Source: Escherichia coli
GTDB taxonomy: Bacteria > Pseudomonadota > Gammaproteobacteria > Enterobacterales > Enterobacteriaceae
Direction: 5' to 3' (one strand)
Assembly (NCBI RefSeq): GCF_009931435.1
Contig: NZ_CP043414.1
Length of the DNA: 64,000 nucleotides
A program made the translations under genes and the position numbers. Below the pieces are notes generated by a model. That model saw only the letters and a list, made by a program, of their open reading frames with translations, was not told the origin of the DNA and ran no database searches. Below are positions 23,738 through 35,161 of this stretch, one piece after another (position 1 is the first letter of the stretch; the number at the start of each line of letters is the position of its first letter).

Positions 23738-23813
23738 AGCGGCAGAGGATAGAGCGAAGAAAAGATGACTGCAAGAGGTGGCTTCCTCCGCGACGGGAGG
23801 AAGCCAGAGGAGA

Positions 23814-25208
23814 TTAATCGTGAGCGCCGATTTCGCGCAGTTTACGACCTTTCATCAGATTACGTTCAATATGTTCCAGCGAAACGTGTTTGGTTTCCGG
23901 TACCAGCCACAATGTCAGCAGAATAAACAGTACGTTCAGAGCCGCATACACCCAGAAGGTGTTGGCGTTACCCAGCGTGTTGAGCATGGTCAGGAACGTT
24001 GCGCCAACGATCATGTTGGCAATCCAGTTGGTGGCGGTGGAGCAGGTGATGCCAAAATCGCGGCCTTTCAGCGGCTGAATTTCGGAGCACAGTACCCAAA
24101 TCAGCGGACCGGCACTCATGGCAAAGCCGACAATAAACATCAGCAGCATGGCGATAGCGAAATACTGCGCCGACGGAGAGTGGATACCGATATGCATCAT
24201 TGTACCGAGTACGCCCATGCCAGCAGCCATCACCAGGAAGCCCAGCGTTAGCGTTGGTTTACGTCCCCAGCGGTCAACAAGGCCTATTGCGATAAAGGTG
24301 GCGAGTACGTTGGTGAGACCGACGATCACTGTCCCCCACATTTGCTCGGTGGTGTTGGTATAACCCGCCAGTTCGAAGATTTTCGGCGCGTAATACATGA
24401 TGACGTTCATCCCGGTGAATTGCTGCATTACCTGCAACAGTACGCCAAGGAACACCGCGCGGCGGAAGTTGCTGTTCTCTTTAAACAGCGCCCAGCCACT
24501 CTGTTTAACCTGCAAACTTTCACGGATTTCATCCAGTTCGCGTTTCGCTTCCGCACTGGTGTCGCGCAGGCGCAGCAGCACGCGCTCGGCATCAACAAAA
24601 CGGCGTTTGGCAGCAAACCAACGTGGGCTGTCTGGCAGGAAGAAAACACCAATCAGCAGCAAAATTGCCGGGATGATAATCACACCCAGCATCCAGCGCC
24701 ATGCACCAGTGTAGCTAAAGGCGGTATCAGAAAGATAAGCACCGAGGATCCCGATAGTGATCATCAACTGATACATCGAGATCATACTGCCGCGAATTTT
24801 TTCCGGCGCAATTTCAGAGAGATACAGTGGTGCGGTATAAGAGGCCACACCCACCGCCAGCCCCAGCAGAACGCGGGAAAGAATCAGTACTTCAACGTTT
24901 GGCGCAGCCGCAGAGAACAGTGAACCGGCAACAAACAGAATTGCGCCGATCATCAGGCTCTTTTTGCGCCCGAGTTTAAAGGAGAGCCAGCCGCTACCCA
25001 CCGCACCGACTGCCGCACCGAACATCATGGAGCTTACGACCCATTCTTGCGTGTGCGAAGTAATCTGGAATTCATCAGCAATAAACGGCAGTGCGCCAGC
25101 AATTACACCGATATCCAGGCCAAAGAGTAATCCCGCCAGAGCGGCAAGGAAGCAGACGAAAAACGTCATTGCCTTGTTTGACCGCCCCTGTTTTTTAGCG
25201 TCAGGCAT
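23814..25208 (-). CDS. galP: Galactose:H+ symporter GalP (MFS sugar porter)
   Basis: ORF trimmed to [24 protein letters not shown] start (464 aa). Confidence 0.95.
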   Translation of the reverse strand: MPDAKKQGRSNKAMTFFVCFLAALAGLLFGLDIGVIAGALPFIADEFQITSHTQEWVVSSMMFGAAVGAVGSGWLSFKLGRKKSLMIGAILFVAGSLFSAAAPNVEVLILSRVLLGLAVGVASYTAPLYLSEIAPEKIRGSMISMYQLMITIGILGAYLSDTAFSYTGAWRWMLGVIIIPAILLLIGVFFLPDSPRWFAAKRRFVDAERVLLRLRDTSAEAKRELDEIRESLQVKQSGWALFKENSNFRRAVFLGVLLQVMQQFTGMNVIMYYAPKIFELAGYTNTTEQMWGTVIVGLTNVLATFIAIGLVDRWGRKPTLTLGFLVMAAGMGVLGTMMHIGIHSPSAQYFAIAMLLMFIVGFAMSAGPLIWVLCSEIQPLKGRDFGITCSTATNWIANMIVGATFLTMLNTLGNANTFWVYAALNVLFILLTLWLVPETKHVSLEHIERNLMKGRKLREIGAHD

Positions 25209-25551
25209 GATGCCCTCCAAAATGGTTATTTTTTATTGTGAATTAAGATAGGTGAGTACGACGTAAAAAGATGTGAAGCAAATCACATCAGTGTAATCGC
25301 TTACACTAACATTTATCTTAGTTATGATTTAAGTGCATGAAAATAATTGAGTTATATCATCATAGATTAAACGCAGTTATCTGCAATTAAGACTTTACTG
25401 AAAAGAAATGTAACAGCTGTGAAAACTGAATAATAATATGAAAATATTACAAATATTTGGCTGGTGTGGTGGGTGTAATCGGTTTCAGTCGTGGTGATGA
25501 TTTGCGGTAAAACGTGTTGAGGAAGAATGATGTTATTGCGGGCGGTTTTTT

Positions 25552-25626
25552 GCCGGATGTGGCGTGAACGCCTTATCCACTTACATGTGACAGCGGTTGT
25601 GGGCCTGATAAGCGTAGCGCATCAGG
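25552..25626. repeat. REP pair (BIME-like)
   Basis: GCCGGATGTGGCGTGAACGCCTTATCC and GCCTGATAAGCGTAGCGCATCAGGC in the metK-galP gap. Confidence 0.55.
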
Positions 25627-25640
25627 CATTTCTCTGGAAA

Positions 25641-25672
25641 AGAAAAAGGCCAGCGCGAGGCTGGCCTTTGAA
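25641..25672 (-). terminator. Intrinsic terminator of metK
   Basis: Minus-strand hairpin AAAGGCCAGCCTCGCGCTGGCCTTT followed by a T-run. Confidence 0.5.
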
Positions 25673-25688
25673 AGCAGGTGAAGAAAGA

Positions 25689-26843
25689 TTACTTCAGACC
25701 GGCAGCATCGCGCAGCAGCTGCGCTTTGTCGGTTTTTTCCCACGGGAAATGTTCACGACCAAAGTGACCGTATGCTGCGGTTTCTTTGTAGATCGGATGC
25801 AGCAGATCCAGCATCTGAATCAGACCATATGGACGCAGGTCAAAGAACTCACGTACCAGCAGAGTCAGTTGTTCAGAAGGCACTTTCTCGGTACCGAAAG
25901 TTTCCACCATGATGGAGGTCGGTTCAGCCACGCCGATTGCGTAGGAAACCTGAATTTCACAACGATCGGCCAGGCCAGCCGCAACGATGTTTTTCGCGAC
26001 ATAACGTGCTGCGTACGCTGCTGAACGGTCCACTTTTGATGGATCCTTACCAGAGAATGCACCGCCACCGTGACGCGCCATGCCGCCGTAGGTATCAACG
26101 ATGATTTTACGACCAGTCAGACCGCAGTCACCCATCGGGCCACCGATAACGAAACGACCGGTCGGGTTGATGAAGAATTTGGTGGCAGAAGTCAGCCATT
26201 CAGCGGGCAGAATCGGCTTGATGATCTCTTCCATTACCGCTTCTTGCAGCGATTTCTGGTCGATCTCTTCAGAGTGCTGGGTGGAAAGTACTACAGCATC
26301 GATGCCAACGATTTTGCCGTCGTCATACTGGAAAGTCACCTGGCTTTTCGCGTCCGGGCGCAGCCACGGCAGAGTGCCGTTTTTACGTACTTCAGCCTGA
26401 CGCTGAACCAGACGGTGTGCATAGGTGATAGGTGCTGGCATCAGCACGTCGGTTTCATTGGTTGCGTAGCCAAACATCAGACCCTGGTCGCCCGCGCCCT
26501 GTTCCAGCGGATCGGCACGATCAACGCCCTGGTTGATGTCAGGAGATTGTTTGCCGATAGCGCTCAGGACCGCACAGGAGTTAGCGTCAAAGCCCATGTC
26601 GGAATGTACATAGCCAATTTCGCGAACGGTGTTACGGGTGATCTCTTCGATGTCTACCCAGGCGCTGGTGGTGATTTCACCGCCAACTAAAACCATGCCG
26701 GTTTTTACGTAGGTTTCGCAAGCAACACGTGCTTTCGGATCCTGTTCGAGGATCGCGTCTAAAACGGCATCAGAGATTTGGTCAGCAATTTTGTCAGGAT
26801 GCCCTTCAGAGACGGACTCGGACGTAAAAAGGTGTTTTGCCAT
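25689..26843 (-). CDS. metK: S-adenosylmethionine synthetase
   Basis: ORF trimmed to [22 protein letters not shown] start (384 aa). Confidence 0.95.
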
Positions 26844-26883
26844 ATTTAATATCACCTAAAGAGAATTTGGTTAGCTCAAACTG

Positions 26884-27150
26884 TTGTGTGGATTTTCTGT
26901 GGTAGCGGATCCTACCACGACTCTGCAGGTTAAAAACACTGGCAGTCTGAGTGTTAATCGGTATGGATGGATTAACATCTGGATGGCTATTTTAGGTCAG
27001 TTCTTCACCCAATTTCCACTTTTTTTTGAATCGTGTCTCATTCTGTTAAAAACGTGGCTGGAAATTTTTCCTGACAATGCTGGCATTCTGCGTATTTATC
27101 TTTTGCAATTTTCTGCCATTGTGGGGTATAAAACGCGGCGCGCGGCTTAA
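26884..27150 (+). CDS. Small uncharacterised ORF at the K-12 yqgD position
   Basis: 88-codon ORF in the metK-speA gap; only position and approximate size support it. Confidence 0.3.
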
Positions 27151-27362
27151 ATAAAAAGCACACGACGTTTCTTTCGTGTTGCCACTTCCAGCCGGGTTGA
27201 AATCAGAGTTTTGGCTTGTGGGTTCGTCTTAACAGGCGGCCGTGGAGGTGATACGAAATAATGAACCGTTGTCTGCTGCTTAACCTGTCTCACCGTTCTG
27301 GTGAAGATTCGTTCCCCGCACTCTGCATCTCTGCTTTGCATACCTGCCGATGTTATACCCAT
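27147..27362 (-). CDS. Small uncharacterised ORF at the K-12 yqgC position
   Basis: 71-codon ORF, matching the remembered length of K-12 YqgC; positional evidence only. Confidence 0.3.
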
Positions 27363-27497
27363 CTCGGCGCTTCTCAGGATTCAAGAGCTGGTTACAGTTA
27401 CTGAGGACTGAACAAGGGCGCTCTTGTAAAAACAAGAGTTTTCTCGTGGTTTCGCCGAACTGTCACACTTACGTTCGGTTATGTGTTTAATAATGTT

Positions 27498-27629
27498 ATG
27501 AAAAAGAAACCGGTTGCGCAGTCGGAGCGTCAGCATACTTTGCTGGAAAATCCGTGTGCTTATGGGTTGTTATCGCAGTCCCAGGCTGCGATAGTCGTTA
27601 ACTGTTTTACACTTAATAAAATAATTTGA
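27498..27629 (+). CDS. yqgB: Small protein YqgB (43 aa)
   Basis: Translates to [43 protein letters not shown]; ends 8 nt before the speA ATG; below the 60-aa track threshold, read directly from the sequence. Confidence 0.7.
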   Translation: MKKKPVAQSERQHTLLENPCAYGLLSQSQAAIVVNCFTLNKII

Positions 27630-27637
27630 GGTTCGCT

Positions 27638-29614
27638 ATGTCTGACGACATGTCTATGAGTTTGCCTTCGTCAGCGGGCGAACACGGTGTACTACGCTCC
27701 ATGCAGGAGGTTGCAATGAGCTCCCAGGAAGCCAGCAAGATGCTGCGTACTTACAATATTGCCTGGTGGGGCAATAACTATTATGACGTTAACGAGCTGG
27801 GCCACATTAGCGTGTGCCCGGACCCGGACGTCCCGGAAGCTCGCGTCGATCTCGCGCAGTTAGTGAAAACTCGTGAAGCACAGGGTCAGCGTCTGCCTGC
27901 ACTGTTCTGTTTCCCACAGATCCTGCAGCACCGTTTGCGTTCCATTAACGCCGCGTTCAAACGTGCGCGGGAATCCTACGGCTATAACGGCGATTACTTC
28001 CTCGTTTATCCGATCAAAGTTAACCAGCACCGCCGCGTGATTGAATCCCTGATTCATTCGGGCGAACCGCTGGGCCTGGAAGCCGGTTCCAAAGCTGAGT
28101 TGATGGCGGTACTGGCGCATGCTGGCATGACCCGTAGCGTCATCGTGTGCAATGGTTATAAAGACCGCGAATATATCCGCCTGGCATTAATTGGCGAGAA
28201 GATGGGCCATAAGGTCTATCTGGTCATTGAGAAGATGTCAGAAATCGCCATTGTGCTGGATGAAGCAGAACGTCTGAATGTCGTTCCTCGTCTGGGCGTG
28301 CGCGCGCGTCTGGCGTCTCAAGGTTCTGGCAAATGGCAGTCTTCTGGCGGGGAAAAATCGAAGTTCGGCCTGGCGGCGACTCAGGTACTGCAACTGGTTG
28401 AAACCCTGCGTGAAGCCGGACGTCTCGACAGCCTGCAACTGCTGCACTTCCACCTCGGTTCGCAGATGGCGAATATTCGCGATATCGCCACGGGCGTTCG
28501 TGAATCCGCGCGTTTCTATGTGGAACTGCACAAGCTGGGCGTCAATATTCAGTGCTTTGATGTCGGCGGCGGTCTGGGTGTGGACTATGAAGGTACTCGT
28601 TCGCAGTCCGACTGTTCAGTGAATTACGGCCTCAATGAATACGCCAACAACATCATTTGGGCGATTGGCGATGCGTGTGAAGAAAATGGTCTGCCGCATC
28701 CGACAGTAATCACCGAATCAGGTCGTGCGGTGACTGCGCATCACACCGTGCTGGTGTCGAATATCATCGGCGTGGAACGTAACGAATACACGGTGCCGAC
28801 CGCGCCAGCAGAAGACGCACCGCGCGCGCTGCAAAGCATGTGGGAAACCTGGCAGGAGATGCACGAACCGGGAACTCGCCGTTCTCTGCGTGAGTGGTTA
28901 CATGACAGCCAGATGGACTTGCACGATATTCATATCGGCTATTCTTCGGGCACCTACAACCTGCAAGAACGCGCGTGGGCTGAGCAGCTTTATCTGAGCA
29001 TGTGTCATGAAGTGCAAAAGCAGCTGGATCCGCAAAACCGCGCACATCGCCCGATTATCGACGAATTGCAGGAACGTATGGCGGACAAAATGTACGTCAA
29101 CTTCTCGCTGTTCCAGTCGATGCCGGACGCATGGGGGATCGACCAGTTGTTCCCGGTTCTGCCGCTGGCAGGGCTGAATCAAGTTCCGGAGCGGCGCGCC
29201 GTGCTGCTGGATATTACCTGTGACTCTGACGGTGCCATCGACCACTATATCGATGGTGATGGTATTGCCACGACAATGCCTATGCCGGAGTACGATCCAG
29301 AGAATCCGCCGATGCTCGGTTTCTTTATGGTCGGCGCATATCAGGAGATCCTCGGCAACATGCACAACCTGTTTGGTGATACCGAAGCGGTTGATGTGTT
29401 CGTCTTCCCTGATGGTAGCGTAGAAGTGGAACTGTCTGACGAAGGCGATACCGTGGCGGACATGCTGCAATATGTACAGCTCGATCCGAAAACGCTGTTA
29501 ACCCAGTTCCGTGATCAAGTGAAGAAAACCGATCTTGATGCTGAACTGCAACAACAGTTCCTGGAAGAGTTCGAGGCAGGTTTGTACGGTTATACCTATC
29601 TTGAAGATGAATAA
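27638..29614 (+). CDS. speA: Biosynthetic arginine decarboxylase
   Basis: ORF trimmed to [21 protein letters not shown] start (658 aa). Confidence 0.95.
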   Translation: MSDDMSMSLPSSAGEHGVLRSMQEVAMSSQEASKMLRTYNIAWWGNNYYDVNELGHISVCPDPDVPEARVDLAQLVKTREAQGQRLPALFCFPQILQHRLRSINAAFKRARESYGYNGDYFLVYPIKVNQHRRVIESLIHSGEPLGLEAGSKAELMAVLAHAGMTRSVIVCNGYKDREYIRLALIGEKMGHKVYLVIEKMSEIAIVLDEAERLNVVPRLGVRARLASQGSGKWQSSGGEKSKFGLAATQVLQLVETLREAGRLDSLQLLHFHLGSQMANIRDIATGVRESARFYVELHKLGVNIQCFDVGGGLGVDYEGTRSQSDCSVNYGLNEYANNIIWAIGDACEENGLPHPTVITESGRAVTAHHTVLVSNIIGVERNEYTVPTAPAEDAPRALQSMWETWQEMHEPGTRRSLREWLHDSQMDLHDIHIGYSSGTYNLQERAWAEQLYLSMCHEVQKQLDPQNRAHRPIIDELQERMADKMYVNFSLFQSMPDAWGIDQLFPVLPLAGLNQVPERRAVLLDITCDSDGAIDHYIDGDGIATTMPMPEYDPENPPMLGFFMVGAYQEILGNMHNLFGDTEAVDVFVFPDGSVEVELSDEGDTVADMLQYVQLDPKTLLTQFRDQVKKTDLDAELQQQFLEEFEAGLYGYTYLEDE

Positions 29615-29759
29615 TTAAGATTATTCCGCTATCGGGTCGATTTATTTACGTAAATCGGCCCGCTTTCTTTTTATATATTCTTAAAAATAATTTAGCTGCT
29701 TTCCTTATTGAATAATCTCCCTACAATCGCTGCATTAATTAAATGCAGAGGGAACGGTT

Positions 29760-30491
29760 ATGAAAAAATGGAAAGTACGTAGCGCGTTGGTGGCATTAGT
29801 CGTGCTGTTGGCCGGTTGTTCCAGTAATGCGCAGTATAATAGCAGTGCATCGGGCAATGTCGGCACCGCCTGGGGTGGGGATGTGCACTCAACGGTTCAG
29901 GGCGTATCTGCTGAACGAGCCTGGCGCGATCCGGCAGAGATGATCGTTATTAGTTATTCGACTAATGTTCCTTCCGGCTACGACCGCGTTTATAGCATTC
30001 GTATTAACGAACTTGAATATGCTATTCGCGATGGTAATTTTAATTCTCTACCTATTACGCGGGTTTATAATTCATCAGGTAAAGAACTACGCTATATAGT
30101 CCATGCCAGAGTAGGAATGAATTACCAATTATATGTCCGCAATTACAGTCGTAACACCAACTACGAGATCGTTGCGACAGTTGATGGCCTGGATGTTCTC
30201 AATGGTAAACAAGGTTCCCTGAATAACAACGGCTATATTGTGAATGCCGGGGATTCGTTGGCGATTAAAGGATTCCGCAAAGATAAACATACCGAAGCGG
30301 CTTTTCAGTTCGCCAACGTTGCGGATTCCTACGCAGCCAATTCGGCGCAAGGCGATGTGCGTAATACCGGTGTAATTGGCTTTGCAGCTTTCGAATTGCA
30401 AGGCCCGGCGCAAAACACGCTGCCGCCGTGCTCTGGACAAGCCTTCCCGGCAGATAACAATGGCTATGCGCCGCCACCGTGTCGGAAATAG
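29760..30491 (+). CDS. Predicted lipoprotein of unknown function (not present at this position in K-12 as far as I recall)
   Basis: 243 aa; signal peptide with lipobox LAGC; N/S/Y/G-rich; AT-rich coding sequence with rare ATA/AGT/AGA codons; preceded by an AT-rich gap. Confidence 0.7.
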   Translation: MKKWKVRSALVALVVLLAGCSSNAQYNSSASGNVGTAWGGDVHSTVQGVSAERAWRDPAEMIVISYSTNVPSGYDRVYSIRINELEYAIRDGNFNSLPITRVYNSSGKELRYIVHARVGMNYQLYVRNYSRNTNYEIVATVDGLDVLNGKQGSLNNNGYIVNAGDSLAIKGFRKDKHTEAAFQFANVADSYAANSAQGDVRNTGVIGFAAFELQGPAQNTLPPCSGQAFPADNNGYAPPPCRK

Positions 30492-30626
30492 TAACCTCGC
30501 TTGATGCCTCGCCCATTTAAGGCGATAATTAGCACAAAATTGTGTTTCGCAAATCCAACCCTTCCTCGTCGGGCCTAACGACGCGGAAGGGTTTTTTTAT
30601 ATCGACTTTGTAATAGGAGTCCACCC

Positions 30627-31547
30627 ATGAGCACCTTAGGTCATCAATACGATAACTCACTGGTTTCCAACGCCTTTGGTTTTTTACGCCTGCCGATGAA
30701 CTTCCAGCCGTATGACAGCGATGCTGACTGGGTAATTACCGGCGTGCCGTTCGATATGGCCACTTCTGGTCGTGCGGGTGGACGCCACGGTCCAGCGGCG
30801 ATCCGTCAGGTTTCGACGAATCTGGCCTGGGAACACAACCGCTTCCCGTGGAATTTCGACATGCGCGAGCGTCTGAACGTGGTGGACTGTGGCGATCTGG
30901 TGTATGCCTTCGGCGATGCTCGTGAGATGAGCGAGAAGCTGCAGGCGCATGCTGAAAAGCTGCTGGCTGCCGGTAAGCGTATGCTCTCCTTCGGTGGTGA
31001 CCACTTTGTCACGCTGCCACTGCTGCGTGCTCATGCGAAGCATTTCGGCAAAATGGCGCTGGTACACTTTGACGCCCACACCGATACCTATGCGAACGGT
31101 TGTGAATTTGACCACGGCACTATGTTCTATACCGCGCCGAAAGAAGGTCTGATCGACCCGAATCACTCCGTACAGATTGGTATTCGTACCGAGTTTGATA
31201 AAGACAACGGCTTTACCGTACTGGACGCCTGCCAGGTGAACGATCGCAGCGTGGATGACGTTATCGCCCAGGTGAAACAGATTGTAGGTGATATGCCAGT
31301 TTACCTGACTTTTGATATCGACTGCCTGGATCCTGCTTTCGCGCCGGGCACCGGTACGCCGGTGATCGGCGGCCTGACCTCCGATCGCGCCATTAAACTG
31401 GTACGTGGCCTGAAAGATCTCAACATTGTTGGGATGGACGTAGTGGAAGTGGCTCCGGCATACGATCAGTCGGAAATCACCGCTCTGGCAGCAGCGACGC
31501 TGGCGCTGGAGATGCTGTATATTCAGGCGGCGAAAAAGGGCGAGTAA
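30627..31547 (+). CDS. speB: Agmatinase
   Basis: 306 aa [43 protein letters not shown]; arginase-fold metal ligands. Confidence 0.95.
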   Translation: MSTLGHQYDNSLVSNAFGFLRLPMNFQPYDSDADWVITGVPFDMATSGRAGGRHGPAAIRQVSTNLAWEHNRFPWNFDMRERLNVVDCGDLVYAFGDAREMSEKLQAHAEKLLAAGKRMLSFGGDHFVTLPLLRAHAKHFGKMALVHFDAHTDTYANGCEFDHGTMFYTAPKEGLIDPNHSVQIGIRTEFDKDNGFTVLDACQVNDRSVDDVIAQVKQIVGDMPVYLTFDIDCLDPAFAPGTGTPVIGGLTSDRAIKLVRGLKDLNIVGMDVVEVAPAYDQSEITALAAATLALEMLYIQAAKKGE

Positions 31548-31805
31548 TTCGCTAAATATTTCCCGGTGTGCATAGTCATGCCGGGAAACATTCATCAGTG
31601 CGATATATGTTTTTATATTTCTACGCGACTTTTTCTTAGCTCTGTTCACCTGCCTGGTTGTTTCAGAACATAAGTAATATTTAAAACACGAATATTCAGA
31701 AACCAGATTGTCACAAGGAATATTAATTCTTCCCGGTAGTTCTCATTCTTACGTTTACAAATAGTGTATGTTCTGAACAACTATTGTTTTTTAAGCGGTA
31801 AAGAA

Positions 31806-34604
31806 ATGAGACGGATTGATGTTATTTGCAAGGAGCTGGAGCGACTGACGTATGGGCTGGAACTGTCTGATTTAGCGAAGGAGAAAGCATTTACTGCTGA
31901 GGCGATTGGTTTTAACCTTGGGCTGGCACGTAACTCGGTTAGTAAAGATCTTAATCAATTATGGAATGAAGGCCTGGTGGTAAAAAGTCAGGGACGTCCT
32001 GTTTTTTTTCTACATCGTCACGCACTAGAATTGCTCATTAATCGAAAACTGGATGATTGCGAATGCATAGTTCATTCAGTGGCTAGTTTATTGCCAAAGA
32101 AAGAAAAATATACAGATGATGATCCGTTTTCCGGACTTATCGGATACGACCGTAGTCTCCGTGATGCGGTAGAAAAAGGCCGCGCAGCGGTGCTCTATCC
32201 CCACGGACTGCATGTGCTGTTAACCGGGGCATCTGGTGTTGGCAAAACATTCTTTGCTGAGTTAATGCATTGCTTCGCTTGTAAGCACACCATAGGTTCG
32301 CCACCTCCGTTGGTTTACTTTAACTGTGCCGAATATGCTCATAATCCGGAGTTGCTTTCCTCTCATCTGTTTGGTCACCATAAGGGGGCATTTACCGGGG
32401 CAAGCGAGAATAAAACGGGGCTGGTGGAGCAAGCTGACGGAGGTTATTTACTTCTGGATGAAGTGCATCGCCTCCCGTATGAAGGACAAGAGAAGCTCTT
32501 TTCTATTCTCGATAAAGGTGAATACCGCCCGCTTGGTTCAAGTGGGCCAACATATTCAATTTCGGTGCGCCTTATTTGCGCCACCACAGAGTTGGTCAAC
32601 TCCTCACTATTGCGTACCTTCCAGCGGCGTATCCAGGTGTATATCGACTTACCGGGTATTCGCCAGCGTTCGGTCGAGGAGCAACTCGAATTGATTGTCA
32701 GCTTCTTCCAGCGCGAAAGTCGTAAAATTGAACGTACCATAAGCCTTGATAAAACCCTTTTGCACTGGTTGTTAAGTAAACCCCTGGAAGGCAATATCGG
32801 CCAGCTTAAAAGCGATATTCAGTTCTTGTGCGCGCAGGCGTGGGCGTCGGGAATGACCGAGCGCAATGATACACTAGAGTTAGATAAACGACTGGCGGAG
32901 ATGCCGTTTAATACCACGCCGGAGCAGCGCCTGCTGGTCGATGCGTTGTTTGGCGGTAAAGATCGTTTGAACGTGGATGCGCGTACGTTGCCCGCGTTAA
33001 AAAATTCGTTGGCGACCAGCGCGGAAATAGAAGAGAGCGATCTGTTTTACAGTTTCCTGACTCGTGAATATGTCAATCTGCGCAACAGTAACGTGCCGCC
33101 CGCAGAAACGCTGGCTATCCTGAAAAACAAACTCAGTTCGATTTTTGAATACGGTCTCTATAGCCGCCATAGTACGGCGCATCCACCGCGCTATGGCGAT
33201 CAAATTGAGGAGCGGGTGACGTTGCTGATCGGTTACGTGGAGCAGGTATTAGGATTTACGTTGCCAGAAAACCTGGCGAACCCGTTACGTAAACACTTTC
33301 TTGCGCTGATTGGCTATGTGCGGCGAGGGCTTATACCTCAACTCTATTCCTCCAGCTTGATTCTGGATCGCTGTAAAGATGAGTATGACAATGCCACGCT
33401 TCTGTGCCGCAAAATCAATGAGCTGCTGCATATTCAGTGCCCGGCGATGGAGGTGGTCTGGCTGTGCCTGTTCCTGAAAGAGTGTCGCCACTACCGCCAG
33501 CGCATCGACACCAGCCCGGATTGCGGCGTGATTCTAATCGCTCACGGTGCGACCACCGCAACGAGCCAGGCGCAATATGTGAATCGGGTGCTGGAGCGCG
33601 ATCTGTTCTACGCAATTGATATGCCATTTGAGCAGTCGGTGCATGACACCCTGGAAACCCTGACCCGGATGATTCAGGACCGGTGCTGGCAGCGGCTGAT
33701 ACTGATGGTGGATATCGGATCGCTGGTTCATTTTGGCAGCACCATCAGCAAGCTGTTCCAGATTGACGTTCTGTTGTTGCCAAATATCACTCTGACCAGC
33801 CTGCTGGAGGTGGGGCTGGATTTAAGCTACGAAACTGGGGATCTATCGCAATTGGCTGTGCTTATGCAGAGTAAAAATATCCCTTGTCGGCTCTGCACGC
33901 CGCAGCAAGAGAGCGGTGGCAAAGTGCTGGTTATCTCATGTATAACCGGAATGGGGACGGCAGAAAAGATCAAAAAAGTGCTGGAGGAGAGCTTTGGCGA
34001 GCTGATGTCGCAGGACACGCGTATGGTGATTCTCGACTATAACGAGGTGCGCAGCCTGGAGCGTATTCAGCAGGCGCTTAATGCCAGTGAACGGCTGGCA
34101 GGGATCGTCGGCACCTTCCAGCCGGGACTGCCGGATATTCCGTTTATCTCGCTGGAGGAACTGTTTTCCGAGCAAGGGCCGGAGCTGGTGCTTAGCCTGC
34201 TGACTCCGGATCTCTCAAGCAGCGAGCGCCGACTGGAGATGGAGCGCAGCGCCATGCGCTTTATCAGCGCGCTGACCATGGAGAGCATCATCAACCATAT
34301 TTCGGTGCTCAACCCGCAGCGAATTCTGAAAGAGATCGAGGACGTTCTGAACCACTTAACCAACACGCTCTCCCTGAAACCGAGCCGCCAGGTGACACTA
34401 CGTTTTCTGATCCATTGCTGCTGCATGGTCGAGCGTATCGTGATTAACCGCAAACCGTTACAGATGGCGCTGGAAAACCGGCTTGATCTGGACGCTCGTG
34501 CCTTTAGCGTCATCAAATCCTCCTTTTTGCCGATTGAAGAGGCTTACGCTATCCGTTTATCGGACGCAGAATATTTTTATATCTACGAACTGCTCTACAG
34601 CTGA
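31806..34604 (+). CDS. Sigma-54-dependent LevR-type transcriptional activator with PTS regulation domains (DgaR-like)
   Basis: Start chosen at MRRIDVICKELERL (ORF extends 14 codons further upstream); Walker A GASGVGKT; GAFTGA motif (HHKGAFTGASENKTG); about 930 aa, a size that accommodates PRD/EII-like regulatory domains. Confidence 0.8.
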   Translation: MRRIDVICKELERLTYGLELSDLAKEKAFTAEAIGFNLGLARNSVSKDLNQLWNEGLVVKSQGRPVFFLHRHALELLINRKLDDCECIVHSVASLLPKKEKYTDDDPFSGLIGYDRSLRDAVEKGRAAVLYPHGLHVLLTGASGVGKTFFAELMHCFACKHTIGSPPPLVYFNCAEYAHNPELLSSHLFGHHKGAFTGASENKTGLVEQADGGYLLLDEVHRLPYEGQEKLFSILDKGEYRPLGSSGPTYSISVRLICATTELVNSSLLRTFQRRIQVYIDLPGIRQRSVEEQLELIVSFFQRESRKIERTISLDKTLLHWLLSKPLEGNIGQLKSDIQFLCAQAWASGMTERNDTLELDKRLAEMPFNTTPEQRLLVDALFGGKDRLNVDARTLPALKNSLATSAEIEESDLFYSFLTREYVNLRNSNVPPAETLAILKNKLSSIFEYGLYSRHSTAHPPRYGDQIEERVTLLIGYVEQVLGFTLPENLANPLRKHFLALIGYVRRGLIPQLYSSSLILDRCKDEYDNATLLCRKINELLHIQCPAMEVVWLCLFLKECRHYRQRIDTSPDCGVILIAHGATTATSQAQYVNRVLERDLFYAIDMPFEQSVHDTLETLTRMIQDRCWQRLILMVDIGSLVHFGSTISKLFQIDVLLLPNITLTSLLEVGLDLSYETGDLSQLAVLMQSKNIPCRLCTPQQESGGKVLVISCITGMGTAEKIKKVLEESFGELMSQDTRMVILDYNEVRSLERIQQALNASERLAGIVGTFQPGLPDIPFISLEELFSEQGPELVLSLLTPDLSSSERRLEMERSAMRFISALTMESIINHISVLNPQRILKEIEDVLNHLTNTLSLKPSRQVTLRFLIHCCCMVERIVINRKPLQMALENRLDLDARAFSVIKSSFLPIEEAYAIRLSDAEYFYIYELLYS

Positions 34605-34668
34605 TCCCCTGATTTACGGGGCTTAAGGCCTCATCCAATCTCTTTTCCTCTGAGCGTGACACAAATTC

Positions 34669-34683
34669 TGGCACGTCCTTTGC
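34669..34683 (+). promoter_or_regulatory. Sigma-54 (RpoN) -24/-12 promoter for the PTS operon
   Basis: TGGCAC-GTCCT-TTGC matches the TGGCAC-N5-TTGC consensus exactly, about 40 nt upstream of the EIIA start and just downstream of the activator gene. Confidence 0.7.
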
Positions 34684-34722
34684 TCCTGACGAAATGTAAA
34701 CACTGGAGCAAAGGAGGCTATT

Positions 34723-35151
34723 TTGACCACAACTGTATCTATTCATCCGTTACCTGAAATTTTGCTGCTAACTCACGGCGGCTGGGGGCTGCAGCTCTGC
34801 AACAGTCTGCGCATGGTGATGGGCGAAATCGAAGGCGTGACGGAAATCGCGCTGATGCCTGTCGATACGCTGGGCGAGTTTTACCAGCGCGTCGAAGCCG
34901 TGGTGAAAACCATGCCAGAAGGTTCGCTTATCGTGACCGATTTTATCGGCGGCACCACCTCTAACGTGGCGGCGCGGCTGAGCGCCGATTATCCGGTGGC
35001 GGTGATCTCCGGGCTTAATGCCTCGCTGCTGCTGGAGGCGCTGGACAAGCGCGAACATGGCCCACTGACCGCCTGCGTGGCCGATCTGGTGGAAGCTGGG
35101 CGCAACAGTTGCCTGGACGTCGTCTCCCATATTCGTCAATTACAACAGTAA
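34723..35151 (+). CDS. PTS mannose-family EIIA component (DgaA-like)
   Basis: 142 aa; TTG start 5 nt after AAGGAGG; EIIA-Man-like N-terminal region (LLLTHGGWG) with candidate phosphorylatable His. Confidence 0.75.
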   Translation: MTTTVSIHPLPEILLLTHGGWGLQLCNSLRMVMGEIEGVTEIALMPVDTLGEFYQRVEAVVKTMPEGSLIVTDFIGGTTSNVAARLSADYPVAVISGLNASLLLEALDKREHGPLTACVADLVEAGRNSCLDVVSHIRQLQQ

Positions 35152-35161
35152 GGAAAATCGT

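Noticed and set aside
30684-31649. 321-aa ORF antisense to speB
   Set aside because: Fully antisense to speB with no independent support.
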